Shown: positions 10,143 through 20,002, counted from the stretch's first letter. The stretch is 64,000 nt of DNA from a candidate division WWE3 bacterium RIFCSPHIGHO2_01_FULL_40_23 (GCA_001772615.1 MEUZ01000004.1:8455-72454), one strand, 5' to 3'. The notes: a model not told the origin generated them from the sequence alone. Program-made: numbers and translations.

Positions 10143-10757
10143 ATGCCTTTTGAATTACCCAAACTTCCTTATTCTTATGATGCGCTTGAACCATATATAG
10201 ACGCAAGAACGATGGAAATCCACCATTCAAAACATCATAATGCCTATGTTACAAATCTTAACAGTACGCTTAAAGACTATCCCGAACTTTCATCTAAAAG
10301 TCTTGATGCAATTCTTTCTAACCTAAATGACATTCCTGTGCCTATAAAAGCAGTAGTAACAAATAACGCGGGAGGCCACTTCAACCATTCATTGTTCTGG
10401 CCCCTTTTGAAGAAGAATGGGAAAAAGGAACCCGAAGGCAAGCTTAAAAGTGCTATTAAAGAGAAGTTTAATTCTCTGGAGAGCTTTAAGGAAGAGTTCA
10501 CAAAAGCCGCAATGGGAAGGTTTGGAAGCGGTTGGGCATGGTTAAGTTTTGATAAGCAGGTGGGCCTTGTGATTCATTCAACCGCTAACCAGGATACCCC
10601 ACTGGCCGATAACCTTAAGCCTTTGCTCGGACTTGACGTCTGGGAGCACGCATACTATCTGCTTTATCAAAACAGAAGAGCGGATTACATTAGCGCCTGG
10701 TGGAACGTGGTCAATTGGCAGGAAATAGAAGAAAGCTATCAAAAAGCAGTTGATTAA
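10143..10757 (+). CDS. sodA: Fe/Mn superoxide dismutase
   Basis: [31 protein letters not shown] signature residues of Fe/Mn-SOD. Confidence 0.95.
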   Translation: MPFELPKLPYSYDALEPYIDARTMEIHHSKHHNAYVTNLNSTLKDYPELSSKSLDAILSNLNDIPVPIKAVVTNNAGGHFNHSLFWPLLKKNGKKEPEGKLKSAIKEKFNSLESFKEEFTKAAMGRFGSGWAWLSFDKQVGLVIHSTANQDTPLADNLKPLLGLDVWEHAYYLLYQNRRADYISAWWNVVNWQEIEESYQKAVD

Positions 10758-11838
10758 ATTCATCAGAGCTAACGGAAAACTAATATCAACCCCCGCCTTC
10801 TTCCCCGATGCCACCAGAGCAGTAATCAAATCTCTTACTCCTCATGACTTAGCTGACGCAGGTGTTGAGGGTATTGTAATTAATACATACCATTTATTAT
10901 TCACTCCAGGTTCCAAGATAATTAAAAAAGCAGGCGGTGCTCATAAATTTATGAATTTCAAAGGTCACATAATTTCCGATTCCGGTGGCTTTCAAATGCT
11001 TTCTTTAATCCATAAGAGTAAAAAATTCGGGAAAATAACCGATAAAGGCATTAAACTTACATATCCAGGCTTTAAAGAAGTGTTGTTTACACCCGAAAAA
11101 TGCATAGATGCGCAGTTTGACCTTGGTTCTGACATAATGATATGCCTTGATGACTGCCCTGGCATAGACGCTTCAAAAAAAGAAATAGACGAATCTGTTG
11201 AAAGAACAGTTAAATGGGCAGAAAGGTGTAAGAAGAGGTTTCAAGAAAACCTTAATAAGAATGGAAACTCAACCAACAGACCTTTACTTTTTGCTGTCGT
11301 GCAGGGAGGAAGCTATACAGCCCTTAGAGTAAACTGCGCAAAGGCGCTTGTAAAACTCTCCTTTGACGGTTACGCTTTCGGGGGTTGGCCCATGACACGT
11401 AAAAATGAGCTTGATATCAAATTTCTTAAACTTGTTTCAGACAATACACCAAAGAATTCTGCAAAATATGCGTTAGGAGTGGGAAAACCTGAAGAGATTG
11501 CAAAATGCGTTAAAATGGGCTACTCCATCTTTGACTGTGTTCTTCCAACAAGAGACGCTAGGCATAAAAGACTTTATGTTTTTAATAAGAATCCCTCAAA
11601 AACAAAAGATCTCACAAAAAGAAGCTTTTATGGTTATCTGGACTTAGGAAAAACGATGTATTCCAATAACAAAGGCCCGATTGATAAATATTGTTCATGC
11701 TATGCATGCAAACATTACACAAGAAGTTATATTCATCACCTCTTCAAAATAAAAGACAGCCTTGCGCACAGACTCTGCACAATTCATAACGTTTATATGT
11801 ACACAACAGTCATCAAAAGAATAAGAGAACTTGGGTAA
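10750..11838 (+). CDS. tgt: queuine tRNA-ribosyltransferase
   Basis: [10 protein letters not shown], zinc-binding [17 protein letters not shown] motif; TTG start overlapping the sod stop. Confidence 0.9.
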   Translation: MIKFIRANGKLISTPAFFPDATRAVIKSLTPHDLADAGVEGIVINTYHLLFTPGSKIIKKAGGAHKFMNFKGHIISDSGGFQMLSLIHKSKKFGKITDKGIKLTYPGFKEVLFTPEKCIDAQFDLGSDIMICLDDCPGIDASKKEIDESVERTVKWAERCKKRFQENLNKNGNSTNRPLLFAVVQGGSYTALRVNCAKALVKLSFDGYAFGGWPMTRKNELDIKFLKLVSDNTPKNSAKYALGVGKPEEIAKCVKMGYSIFDCVLPTRDARHKRLYVFNKNPSKTKDLTKRSFYGYLDLGKTMYSNNKGPIDKYCSCYACKHYTRSYIHHLFKIKDSLAHRLCTIHNVYMYTTVIKRIRELG

Positions 11839-11855
11839 TATGATATTATTCCAGC

Positions 11856-12332
11856 ATGCGAATATTAGGCGTAGATCCTGGAACCGCCACTACAGGAATA
11901 GGAATAATTGAGGGTGAGAGAAATTCCGGCTTTAAAAGCATCAGTTACACCTGCATAAAAACAGACTCAAAGCTCCCCATCGAAGAAAGATTAAAACTAA
12001 TATATGACAGCCTAGATGCAATAATAAAGGAATCTAAACCGGATCTAATCTCTGTAGAAGAGCTTTTTTTCAACTCAAACCCAAAAACTGCTATGTCGGT
12101 TGGCAGAGCCTGTGGAGCTATAATACTTTGCGCCTCGCATAATAATCTTAAAGTTGTAGAGCACACACCACTTGAAGTAAAATCCGCAGTTGTAGGTTTT
12201 GGCCACGCCGAAAAAATACAAGTTCAAAAAATGATAACTAAGCTTTTAAAACTGAGTGAGATGCCAAAGCCAGATGATGCTGCCGATGCCCTTGCTATAG
12301 CGTATTGCGCGGGAGTTTCTTTAACAAGATAA
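11856..12332 (+). CDS. ruvC: Holliday junction resolvase RuvC
   Basis: MRILGVDPGTATTGIGII N-terminus and conserved catalytic acidic residues; precedes ruvA-ruvB. Confidence 0.9.
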   Translation: MRILGVDPGTATTGIGIIEGERNSGFKSISYTCIKTDSKLPIEERLKLIYDSLDAIIKESKPDLISVEELFFNSNPKTAMSVGRACGAIILCASHNNLKVVEHTPLEVKSAVVGFGHAEKIQVQKMITKLLKLSEMPKPDDAADALAIAYCAGVSLTR

Positions 12333-12914
12333 ATGATCGGTTATTTAAAAGGGAAAACAGTAAAACTTGATGATACAAGCGTAATAGTTGATGTAAACGG
12401 CGTGGGTTATAAAGTATTTCTCTTAAGTAACACAATTTCCACTCTCACAAATAACAGCATAAATGAATTTTATGTCCACACACATGTTAAGGAGGATCAA
12501 CTCTCTCTTTTCGCATTTCTTAAGCATGATGAACTTAAAATTTTTCAACTTCTTCTTGAGGTTTCAGGCGTCGGCCCTAAAACCGCCCTTACGATATTAT
12601 CAAGTTTAAAATATGAAGAACTCATCTCCGCAATACAAAAAGCCAAAGTTGGAGAGTTCACAAAAATCAGCGGAATAGGAAAAAAACTTGCCCAAAAAAT
12701 AATTCTTGAGCTCCAAAACAAAACCGGTAAAGTATCCGACTTGGACTTATCCATAGGCTCCTCCGATAACGAATTAATTGAAACTCTGTTAAATCTGGGG
12801 TTTACAAAGAAAGAGGCGTCAAACATGACTTTAGGTATAGATAAAGATCTGCCTCTGGAACAAAAAGTTAAAATTAGTTTAAAAAAAGTCAATGAAAAAA
12901 AGCGAAACTACTGA
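12333..12914 (+). CDS. ruvA: Holliday junction branch-migration protein RuvA
   Basis: MIGYLKGK..VDVNGVGYKV..LLLEVSGVGPKTAL helix-hairpin-helix region. Confidence 0.85.
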   Translation: MIGYLKGKTVKLDDTSVIVDVNGVGYKVFLLSNTISTLTNNSINEFYVHTHVKEDQLSLFAFLKHDELKIFQLLLEVSGVGPKTALTILSSLKYEELISAIQKAKVGEFTKISGIGKKLAQKIILELQNKTGKVSDLDLSIGSSDNELIETLLNLGFTKKEASNMTLGIDKDLPLEQKVKISLKKVNEKKRNY

Positions 12915-13869
12915 AAATCTTGAAGACAAAGAGCTGGATACAACCCTTAGACCAAAAAAACTGGAGGAATTCATAGGTCAAAGAGAGGTTGTGTCAAACC
13001 TGTCAGTTTTTATTAAGGCCGCCAAAAAAAGAGGCGAACCCATTGATCATATCTTGTTTTATGGTCCTCCTGGAATAGGTAAAACTACCCTGGCTCTAAT
13101 AATAGGCAATGAATTTAATGCGAGCGTGAAAATAACTTCCGGACCAGCAATCGAAAGAACGGGAGATCTTGCTTCTATACTTACTAATCTTGAAGATGGG
13201 GATATTTTATTTATTGATGAGATTCACAGACTAAACAAAACCATTGAAGAAATCATCTACCCTGCTATGGAAGACTTCGCTTTGGATATTATTTTAGGAA
13301 AGGGGCCGTCGGCAAGAACGGTGAGGATAGATCTTCCTAAATTTACATTAATTGGCGCCACAACTAAAGTCGGAAGTTTATCAAACCCCTTAAGAGATAG
13401 GTTTGGAACGATTTTAAAACTTAACTTCTACAACCAAGATGATCTAAAAAAGATTGTGAGCAGATCGGCTGAAATTCTTGGTTTAAGTATTGATGGCATA
13501 ACTTCCGAGATTGTAGCCAAAAGAGCAAGGGGAACTCCAAGAATAGCAAACAGGCTTCTTAAAAGAGTCAGGGATTACAGCGAGGTTCAAAATAAAGAAA
13601 TTACAGAACCGTTTATACTTAAAACCATGGAAAAACTTGGTATAAATGATATGGGTCTTGACCTTGAAGATGTGAAGTACTTAAAACTTATTGCAGATAA
13701 ATTCAATGGGGGGCCAGTTGGCCTAACTACCCTCTCCGCCGCATTATCGGAAGACACGGAAACAATAGAGGACTATATAGAGCCTTACCTACTTCAACAA
13801 GGGCTTATTACAAAAACAACTAAGGGAAGATATGTCAACCTTGAACGACTTCCTCATGCTTTGATTTAA
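12892..13869 (+). CDS. ruvB: Holliday junction ATP-dependent helicase RuvB
   Basis: LFYGPPGIGKTTLA Walker A, IDEIHRL Walker B, RuvB-specific C-terminal region. Confidence 0.95.
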   Translation: MKKSETTENLEDKELDTTLRPKKLEEFIGQREVVSNLSVFIKAAKKRGEPIDHILFYGPPGIGKTTLALIIGNEFNASVKITSGPAIERTGDLASILTNLEDGDILFIDEIHRLNKTIEEIIYPAMEDFALDIILGKGPSARTVRIDLPKFTLIGATTKVGSLSNPLRDRFGTILKLNFYNQDDLKKIVSRSAEILGLSIDGITSEIVAKRARGTPRIANRLLKRVRDYSEVQNKEITEPFILKTMEKLGINDMGLDLEDVKYLKLIADKFNGGPVGLTTLSAALSEDTETIEDYIEPYLLQQGLITKTTKGRYVNLERLPHALI

Positions 13870-15445
13870 GAAAATCAATAAGGTCTTCAAAAGACTGGAT
13901 AATTAATCTAAAGGGAGCTTCTAAAATAAAATCAAAGATGAGCGTAAAGAAATTAAATCTGGCCACACCCATTGAAAGGCTTTGTCCGACCTTTAAAATA
14001 GGAAGAGCAATAATATTTAAAACAGCTTGCCCCAGATTATCTTTTTTTGGAATTATTTCAAGATCCTGGCATCTTGCTCTGATATTCCAGGCAAAATAAC
14101 TAAGAATGGAGACAAAAAATATAAAGATTACAATACTGGTAAAGTTAAAACCAAGATTTGAAAGAATTAAAAATATCACACCATAAACAAGTAAATAAAG
14201 AACAGCGTAAATTAGTCCCATCCAGGGCTTTTCCGCGCCAGGAACTAAAATCTTCTTCCTGAAAGATTTTTCTTCTTGATCACTTAAAAACATCCTGTCT
14301 TCGTAAACTATTGATTTTAAAACCTGATGAATTCTATCGTTATTTTCTCTTCCCGGTATTGTTATCCTTTTTGCAATAAGGTAAAAAAGAACAACGGGAA
14401 AGGCTGTATTAATAGTGAGTGTAAAGTAATTAATACGTTTCATAAAAATAAGATCAACAGGAGCTTCAATTAAAATGGCAAGAAGCATTTTAGTGATGAA
14501 CAAGTATCCTAAAGTTCTTGTTATTCTTAAAGTTAATTTTCTTTTAAGCTCACTGTAGTATTTTTTAATGTAATCTTCGGATTTGTCTCTTAAAAAATTA
14601 GGGTTAGTTAAAATCAACTCAAGCCTATCTGGATTTTCCTCCAACACACCCTCAAGTACCTTAATCGGAGCTGACACCTTTCGAATCTGCATATACAAAG
14701 ATTCCTGAACTTTGCTTTTTAATATACTGTCAACATAAGCCTTAGTTGAAGGAAGAGCGGTTACAACAGACTTGATTATTTCATGGCCTGGGTCCTGAAA
14801 AAAAGACGGGTAGAGAAATGTCATAGCGTGGTATCTTAATATTGAGTAATCTGATTTTACTAAAGCTTTATGAGACGCAATAAAAACATGCAAACTTTCC
14901 TGTTCGGAGGAAAGGTCAAGTTTGGAGTCTCTTAATACGTTTAGTATATATTGTGAAAGAAGCTTAACAAAAATTTCAGGCTTATATAAAGGATCCAAAA
15001 TCTTTTCTATTTCCGACGCGGCAACGCCAAGAAGCCAGTCCCAAGTTTTGGAGAGTTCGGGAATCCTTAATTCGTTTAAGACTTGCTTTGAATAGGCGTA
15101 CTTCTCAAGGACCTTTGATATCTCCTCAACTTTGGAATCCGAGATTTTTGTATCGTCTTCGTACGCTCCTCTAATTAAATCTCTTATTAATAAATCAGCT
15201 ACTTCATCAGGATTTGATCTTGAAGTTAAAGAAAATCTTAAAAATCTCTGGATAGCAAATCTTCTGATTAAATGCTCGTCTTTAAAATCAATTGTATTTC
15301 TTATTCTTTCATAGATAGCCGAAAGAAAAGATGTAGCTTCACTGACCTCAAATTTTCTTGTTTTAACAGCCCTGATGCTTTCTTCGTAGGCTCTTCCAAG
15401 CTCGTCTATTAAAACTTTAGCATTCTGATTCCTAATTTCTTCCAT
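13835..15445 (-). CDS. hypothetical large membrane protein (cytoplasmic N-terminal 330 aa, C-terminal TM bundle)
   Basis: 536-aa ORF with coherent codon usage; no family recognised. Confidence 0.5.
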   Translation of the reverse strand: MEEIRNQNAKVLIDELGRAYEESIRAVKTRKFEVSEATSFLSAIYERIRNTIDFKDEHLIRRFAIQRFLRFSLTSRSNPDEVADLLIRDLIRGAYEDDTKISDSKVEEISKVLEKYAYSKQVLNELRIPELSKTWDWLLGVAASEIEKILDPLYKPEIFVKLLSQYILNVLRDSKLDLSSEQESLHVFIASHKALVKSDYSILRYHAMTFLYPSFFQDPGHEIIKSVVTALPSTKAYVDSILKSKVQESLYMQIRKVSAPIKVLEGVLEENPDRLELILTNPNFLRDKSEDYIKKYYSELKRKLTLRITRTLGYLFITKMLLAILIEAPVDLIFMKRINYFTLTINTAFPVVLFYLIAKRITIPGRENNDRIHQVLKSIVYEDRMFLSDQEEKSFRKKILVPGAEKPWMGLIYAVLYLLVYGVIFLILSNLGFNFTSIVIFIFFVSILSYFAWNIRARCQDLEIIPKKDNLGQAVLNIIALPILKVGQSLSMGVARFNFFTLIFDFILEAPFRLIIQSFEDLIDFLKSKHEEVVQG

Positions 15446-15582
15446 ACATCAATTATATTAAAATTTGGTCTTTTTTGCATGCGCCCTTAGCCCTTTTGCC
15501 TTCCTTTATATCGGAGAGCTACAAGGGCTAAAAAGCATTTATTTTTGATTAAAAACCATCAAGATAAAACAGATTCCCAAAC

Positions 15583-15792
15583 TTATGCCATTGGGCTATC
15601 AAGAGAATCAAATGTTTCCTTATTAACAAATTTAGTTAGATTCACCATATCCCCATCAACTTTAGTTGAAGCAACTACTGCGTACCTTGTCATTTTATTT
15701 CCACCTTTTCCAGTTACATCAAAAATTTTTTTCTTAAGATCGGATGTTGGAACTTCTACTTTTTTTCTATGTTTGACTGAATAAAACTCCAC
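15583..15792 (-). CDS. small basic hypothetical protein (69 aa), GTG start
   Basis: Perfect AAGGAGGTGA Shine-Dalgarno 6 nt upstream of a GTG start; lysine-rich product; sits upstream on the same strand as the 536-aa membrane protein gene. Confidence 0.5.
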   Translation of the reverse strand: MEFYSVKHRKKVEVPTSDLKKKIFDVTGKGGNKMTRYAVVASTKVDGDMVNLTKFVNKETFDSLDSPMA

Positions 15793-15846
15793 TAAAAATC
15801 ACCTCCTTAAAAATTACGTAACTAATATTGTTCTATTTACGGCTCA

Positions 15847-16980
15847 TTGTCAAGGAAAAACAAGAAATTCATTAAAAACTTATTGAATATATTAAAAGTT
15901 GCTTTAGAATACAATCTTGATATGGACCAGTCTTTATCCGAAAACTTAGATTCCGAATTTGGTGAAACACCAAAATTTATCGGTGTCTTATACTCTGATG
16001 TAAAAAGAGAATACTTTCCCTCCGAGGAACAATATATTTCAGAAGTTGGTGTAATAGAAGAAGCAAGGGTGGTTTCCGAGTACCTTGAAAAAATGGGTAT
16101 AAAAAGCAAAATTTATCCTGGCAACAGTGAACTTTCTAAAATGCTTATAGAGGATAAACCGGATATTGTTTTTAATCTTGTTCAATCCGTAAAAGGTCAT
16201 GAAGAGATGTCCCCAACAATTTCAGCTCTTTGTGAGCTTTTGGAAATTTCTTATACAGGGACAGGAACTTTCGGGCTTTCAATCACTTACAATAAATATT
16301 TCACTAAAAAACTTCTGGAGCTTATTGGGCTTCCGGTTCCCAGGTATCAGCTTTTCAACACACCTAATGATCCCATAGATGGTCAGTTAAAGTTTCCATT
16401 AATATCAAAGCTAAACGAAATACACGGAAGCGTAGGTATTGATGAAACATCAGTAAGCGAGGATGAAAAAACTCTTAGACAAAAATTAAGAGAGTTAATG
16501 TCAATTTACAAACAACCTGTGATAGTTGAAGAGTTTATTGTCGGGAGAGAAATTACATGCATACTTCTTGAGGGGACAAACAAAAAGGTTTACTCCGGTG
16601 AAAAATTACTTCCTGATGTTCCGGGAACCAAATACAAATTCGCCAGTTTTTTTTATCAATGGCTTGATGAAAAACCGGGGCAATATATAAAACATGATGG
16701 AGGAGACCTTCTAAGAGATTATATCAAATCGGCTTTTGATATCTTGAAAATGGATGACTATGCCAAATTTGATTTAAGACTTGATGAGTCGGGAAGATAC
16801 TATTTCATTGACTGTAATGCTAATCCCGCATTTGGCCCAAAGGAATTGGATATAGCAATTGGAACAATTCTTGACTTATATGGAATCACATTTGAAGAAG
16901 TATTAAAAAGAATTATTACAAACACACTTAAGGATGAATCTTTTAAAGTTCCCTCCATTGTCCCTTCCAATGGAAATTAA
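15847..16980 (+). CDS. ddl: D-alanine--D-alanine ligase family ATP-grasp enzyme (start codon uncertain, possibly 15922)
   Basis: DIVFNLVQSVKGHEEMSPTISALCELLEISYTGTGTFGLSITYNKYFTKK aligns to the Ddl central region; HGSVGI and C-terminal FIDCNANPAFGPKELDIAIGTILDLYGITFEEVL match the Ddl C-terminal motif. Confidence 0.7.
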   Translation: MSRKNKKFIKNLLNILKVALEYNLDMDQSLSENLDSEFGETPKFIGVLYSDVKREYFPSEEQYISEVGVIEEARVVSEYLEKMGIKSKIYPGNSELSKMLIEDKPDIVFNLVQSVKGHEEMSPTISALCELLEISYTGTGTFGLSITYNKYFTKKLLELIGLPVPRYQLFNTPNDPIDGQLKFPLISKLNEIHGSVGIDETSVSEDEKTLRQKLRELMSIYKQPVIVEEFIVGREITCILLEGTNKKVYSGEKLLPDVPGTKYKFASFFYQWLDEKPGQYIKHDGGDLLRDYIKSAFDILKMDDYAKFDLRLDESGRYYFIDCNANPAFGPKELDIAIGTILDLYGITFEEVLKRIITNTLKDESFKVPSIVPSNGN

Positions 16981-17006
16981 TTCCGGAATGTGGTATTAAT
17001 TTCATA

Positions 17007-17195
17007 ATGCCTAGGACCAAAACACAAAACAAGCAGGTTAGCGGGGAGAAACTGGATGTAAAAGAAACTTCGGAAAATAAGGATACTATTATCAAAGTTC
17101 CAAGGAAAAGAAGAAACAAGGATACAGATTACCTTTCGGATGTTGAACTTGAGGAATATGAATCAAGAACACCCGATGACGCCTTTGACAGCTAA
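17007..17195 (+). CDS. small acidic hypothetical protein (62 aa)
   Basis: ORF 3 nt upstream of the next gene; acidic C-terminus TDYLSDVELEEYESRTPDDAFDS. Confidence 0.35.
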   Translation: MPRTKTQNKQVSGEKLDVKETSENKDTIIKVPRKRRNKDTDYLSDVELEEYESRTPDDAFDS

Positions 17196-17197
17196 AA

Positions 17198-17647
17198 ATG
17201 CCTAACCTTCTTCATGTCGTAAGATCAATGAGAATATTCACCGGCGAAATTCACCCCACGTCACTTTATATTTATGATGATTACATGGTTTATGTAAAAA
17301 GAGGAATCATTAGAAGAAATGAAGCCACGATTTCATATAATCATGTGTCACAGGTTTATTTAAGGAGGGGATACCTGGCTTCAAGTTTGGAAGTTATAAA
17401 TACTGGAGGCGTTGAGAATATTCTTGTTAAATGGTTACCCATAGAGCAGGCCGCAAGAGCTAAAAAACTGATTGACCAGAAGATTTTCCACACGCATGCA
17501 AGAATAACCGGTAAACATCAGGACATGGGAAGAGAAGTTCCTGATTTTGAAAGAAAGCTTGCAAGGCTTAAAGAGCTTAAGCTTAAAGGCACTATTTCAA
17601 GGGGGGAGTTTGAAAAAAGAAGAAGGGAAATGCTAAAATCCGTATAA
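17198..17647 (+). CDS. bacterial PH-domain (bPH_2-like) protein with C-terminal SHOCT-like motif
   Basis: YIYDDYMVYVKRGIIRR..SYNHVSQVYLRRG resembles YdbT-type PH domains; C-terminal LKELKLKGTISRGEFEKRRREML resembles SHOCT. Confidence 0.5.
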   Translation: MPNLLHVVRSMRIFTGEIHPTSLYIYDDYMVYVKRGIIRRNEATISYNHVSQVYLRRGYLASSLEVINTGGVENILVKWLPIEQAARAKKLIDQKIFHTHARITGKHQDMGREVPDFERKLARLKELKLKGTISRGEFEKRRREMLKSV

Positions 17648-17662
17648 GAACTTAAGTGCCAG

Positions 17663-17737
17663 GCGGGAGTAATTCAGTGGTAGAATGTTTGCTTTCCAAG
17701 CAAAACGTCGCGGGTTCGAGTCCCGTCTCCCGCTCCA
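17663..17737 (+). tRNA. tRNA-Gly (anticodon TCC)
   Basis: Cloverleaf folded by hand: acceptor GCGGGAG/CTCCCGC, anticodon stem TTTGC/GCAAA with loop TTTCCAA, T-loop TTCGAGT, encoded CCA. Confidence 0.85.
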
Positions 17738-17768
17738 AAGTGACTGGGATACATAGAAAGTTACAATA

Positions 17769-18098
17769 ATGACTAAAAAATTAGCGTTTATTTTTGTGAC
17801 AGTTTTTGCTTTATTCTTCATCTCTCTAACAATCTTTTTTTATAACGAATTAAACTTACCTAAATATTCTGATATTCCCATTATAACCAGTGACAATATC
17901 AGTATTAATAAAAAAGACTTAAATAAAATTCTTGAAAATATGAAAGAATCATCTGTTAATTACATTAATTGTAACGACACAAAAACTTATTACAGCAACC
18001 AACTTAAACTATCATTTATATGTCCTGAAGATTTTGTGATATACGAGTGCAAAAACCCTAATTATGAATCTCTTGATGAAAAAGGAGTATATAGCTAA
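17769..18098 (+). CDS. small hypothetical membrane-anchored protein
   Basis: 109-aa ORF with N-terminal TM helix. Confidence 0.35.
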   Translation: MTKKLAFIFVTVFALFFISLTIFFYNELNLPKYSDIPIITSDNISINKKDLNKILENMKESSVNYINCNDTKTYYSNQLKLSFICPEDFVIYECKNPNYESLDEKGVYS

Positions 18099-18318
18099 TA
18101 ACTTAGTGATCCATCAAGTAATAGAATACGAAGGCGCCAATGAACCACCTCATTCTGAATTTGTAACTTTTAAACATAATAATCAGTACTTTCAAATTGG
18201 GTTCTAGGCGTAGAACTGATAAATACATTCAACCAAGTTATTAAGACCTTAAAATTTGATGATGATTAATTGGTTCTGGTTGGGTAATTCCTGAAAGAAC
18301 TAAAAGAAAAGTTTGATG

Positions 18319-19671
18319 TTAGTTATCGGTTGATTGTGGAGCGTTGCTATTGTTTCCAGGTGTATTATTGTTATTTCCTCCACTCGCATTATCCGTGCCA
18401 TCGTTAGCACTTTGTTGATCTTTATTCTTATCCTTCTTTTCCTTTGTGGGTTCAGGTGTAGGAGTAGGAGTTGGAGTCCTAGTCGGTCTTGGTGTGGGAG
18501 TAGGCGTAGGGGTTCTTGTTGGCCTCGGGGTTGGTGTTTGAGTTGGCGTTGGATCGGGCTCGTCTCCATCCCCTGATCCAGAACCTCCCCCACTATTGCC
18601 CCCGCTATTTCCTCCTCCGCCACTGTTACCTCCACCGGTATTGCCACTACCCCCTTGGTTTCCTCCAGTGTTTCCACCGTCCGTATTGTCACCGCTACTA
18701 TTATCACCGCTGCTACCTCCACCAGCACTCGGATTTTCAGGTTTATCTTCCTTATCCTTATCTGGTTTCCCGCCACCTACCGAATTATCACTTGAATTTC
18801 CGTCCGAACCGCCGCCATTGGAATCATTATTGCCGTTTGAACCATTATCGGATCCGCTTAAAACGCTTGAACCCCCTTCATTTGTAATGGAATAAATAGA
18901 CTGTGTGGGATCAGGGTAACCAGAAGGTGTAGCGCTTTCGCTAGCTTCAAGAATCCTTGTATCCGAAGTCCCCATTATACTTCCATCAGCATCTTTTTGA
19001 GGGGATATGAAACCCGCCAGTACAACCCCTGCTCCCGCGGTAAAAAGAAGAGAGGCTAACTTAATTGCGGGTATCAACTTTTTACCTAACATAAGTGGAA
19101 ATAACACAAAGGCTTTCTTTCCGCTCATAACCGAAGCTCCCCTGACAAGCGCTTTCTCACCTTCTCTTACAACACGGTAAATCTTTACCGCCTCCGGAAC
19201 GCCGCGAAGAAGCTTTGTACCGGCTGGTACGGCCCCTATTTCAGTTTTGTTCATTGCGAGATAAACAGCTTCGGTAAAAGATATATCTCCAGGTTCAGTT
19301 AGCGGCACAAGTCTAGCGGCCACATTTACAGGCTCTCCAAAGACATCGCCATCCTTGACACGAACTTCCCCGCTGTTAGCTGCTATACGAAACTTAATAT
19401 TCTCTTCAGGGGATACTGTTGCATTGTGAGTGTTAACCTCCTCTTGAATCCTCTTAGCACACAAAACGGCATTTGTAGGGGATTCAAAAGTAAGCATATA
19501 GCCATCACCCAGATTCTTAACAATATTGCCGCTCTGCTCTTTAGCCGCTGTTGCAACAATAAGTTCTTGTACAGCAAGAAGGTTGTCAACTTGTGTACGG
19601 GATAAACCGGAAGTACGGCTTGTAAAGCCTTCCATGTCAGTAAAAAGGATAGTAAGGTTTCGGGTCTCCAT
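18319..19671 (-). CDS. class III adenylate/guanylate cyclase domain protein with TM segment and long low-complexity C-terminal tail
   Basis: N-terminus LTILFTDMEGFTS..GDGYMLTF..RIAANSGEV matches the nucleotidyl cyclase catalytic domain; then hydrophobic segment; then G/S/N/D-rich and PTPTPRPTRT repeat tail. Confidence 0.75.
   Translation of the reverse strand: METRNLTILFTDMEGFTSRTSGLSRTQVDNLLAVQELIVATAAKEQSGNIVKNLGDGYMLTFESPTNAVLCAKRIQEEVNTHNATVSPEENIKFRIAANSGEVRVKDGDVFGEPVNVAARLVPLTEPGDISFTEAVYLAMNKTEIGAVPAGTKLLRGVPEAVKIYRVVREGEKALVRGASVMSGKKAFVLFPLMLGKKLIPAIKLASLLFTAGAGVVLAGFISPQKDADGSIMGTSDTRILEASESATPSGYPDPTQSIYSITNEGGSSVLSGSDNGSNGNNDSNGGGSDGNSSDNSVGGGKPDKDKEDKPENPSAGGGSSGDNSSGDNTDGGNTGGNQGGSGNTGGGNSGGGGNSGGNSGGGSGSGDGDEPDPTPTQTPTPRPTRTPTPTPTPRPTRTPTPTPTPEPTKEKKDKNKDQQSANDGTDNASGGNNNNTPGNNSNAPQSTDN
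18430..18560. repeat. imperfect tandem DNA repeats encoding the Pro/Thr-rich PTPTPRPTRT linker of the cyclase gene
   Basis: Reiterated ggagtaggagttggagtcctagtcggtcttggtgtggg-type units visible on the + strand. Confidence 0.6.
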
Positions 19672-19773
19672 GACTGCAATATACTACTATATTTTATCTC
19701 AATCAATAGCTCAATGTCTATACGTTTAAAGGGCTTTTAAGACGGTCAAATATTGAGTAAAATACACTTGCTT

Positions 19774-19849
19774 GCGACCGTAGCTCAATGGATAGAGCAA
19801 TTCCCTTCTAAGGAAGAGGTTGCGTGTTCGACTCACGCCGGTCGCACCA
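19774..19849 (+). tRNA. tRNA-Arg (anticodon TCT)
   Basis: Acceptor GCGACCG/CGGTCGC, D-arm GCTC..GAGC, anticodon loop CTTCTAA, T-loop TTCGACT, encoded CCA. Confidence 0.85.
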
Positions 19850-19896
19850 AGAGTTTTGTAATTACAGTGAGAAACCTATAGAAAAAAGTAACGTTT

Positions 19897-19982
19897 GCCC
19901 AGGTGGCGGAATAGGCATACGCTTCACACTTAAAATGTGATGCCGAACAGGCGTGTGGGTTCGAGTCCCACCCTGGGCACCA
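19897..19982 (+). tRNA. tRNA-Leu (anticodon TAA), type II with long variable arm
   Basis: Acceptor GCCCAGG/CCTGGGC, anticodon loop CTTAAAA, long variable arm, T-loop TTCGAGT, encoded CCA. Confidence 0.85.
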
Positions 19983-20002
19983 AGATCAAATTACTGAAAA
20001 AC

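Noticed and set aside
15847-17195. Graspetide/microviridin-like RiPP cluster (ATP-grasp plus acidic core peptide)
   Set aside because: The ligase carries D-Ala-D-Ala ligase motifs throughout, not RimK/MdnC-type ones, so the peptide resemblance is probably coincidental. Retained only as a low-interest note.
17633-17821. 62-aa minus-strand ORF overlapping tRNA-Gly
   Set aside because: Overlaps a confidently folded tRNA and has no RBS; spurious.
18430-18560. Possible CRISPR array or DGR variable repeat
   Set aside because: Repeats are in-frame coding tandem repeats (PT-rich linker), not repeat-spacer units. No cas genes or reverse transcriptase are present anywhere in the window.
18334-18895. 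Plus-strand ORFs (18334..18576, 18516..18887, 18596..18895) with Cys/Arg/Pro/Leu-rich translations
   Set aside because: Antisense to the low-complexity repeat region of the cyclase gene; composition-driven artefacts.
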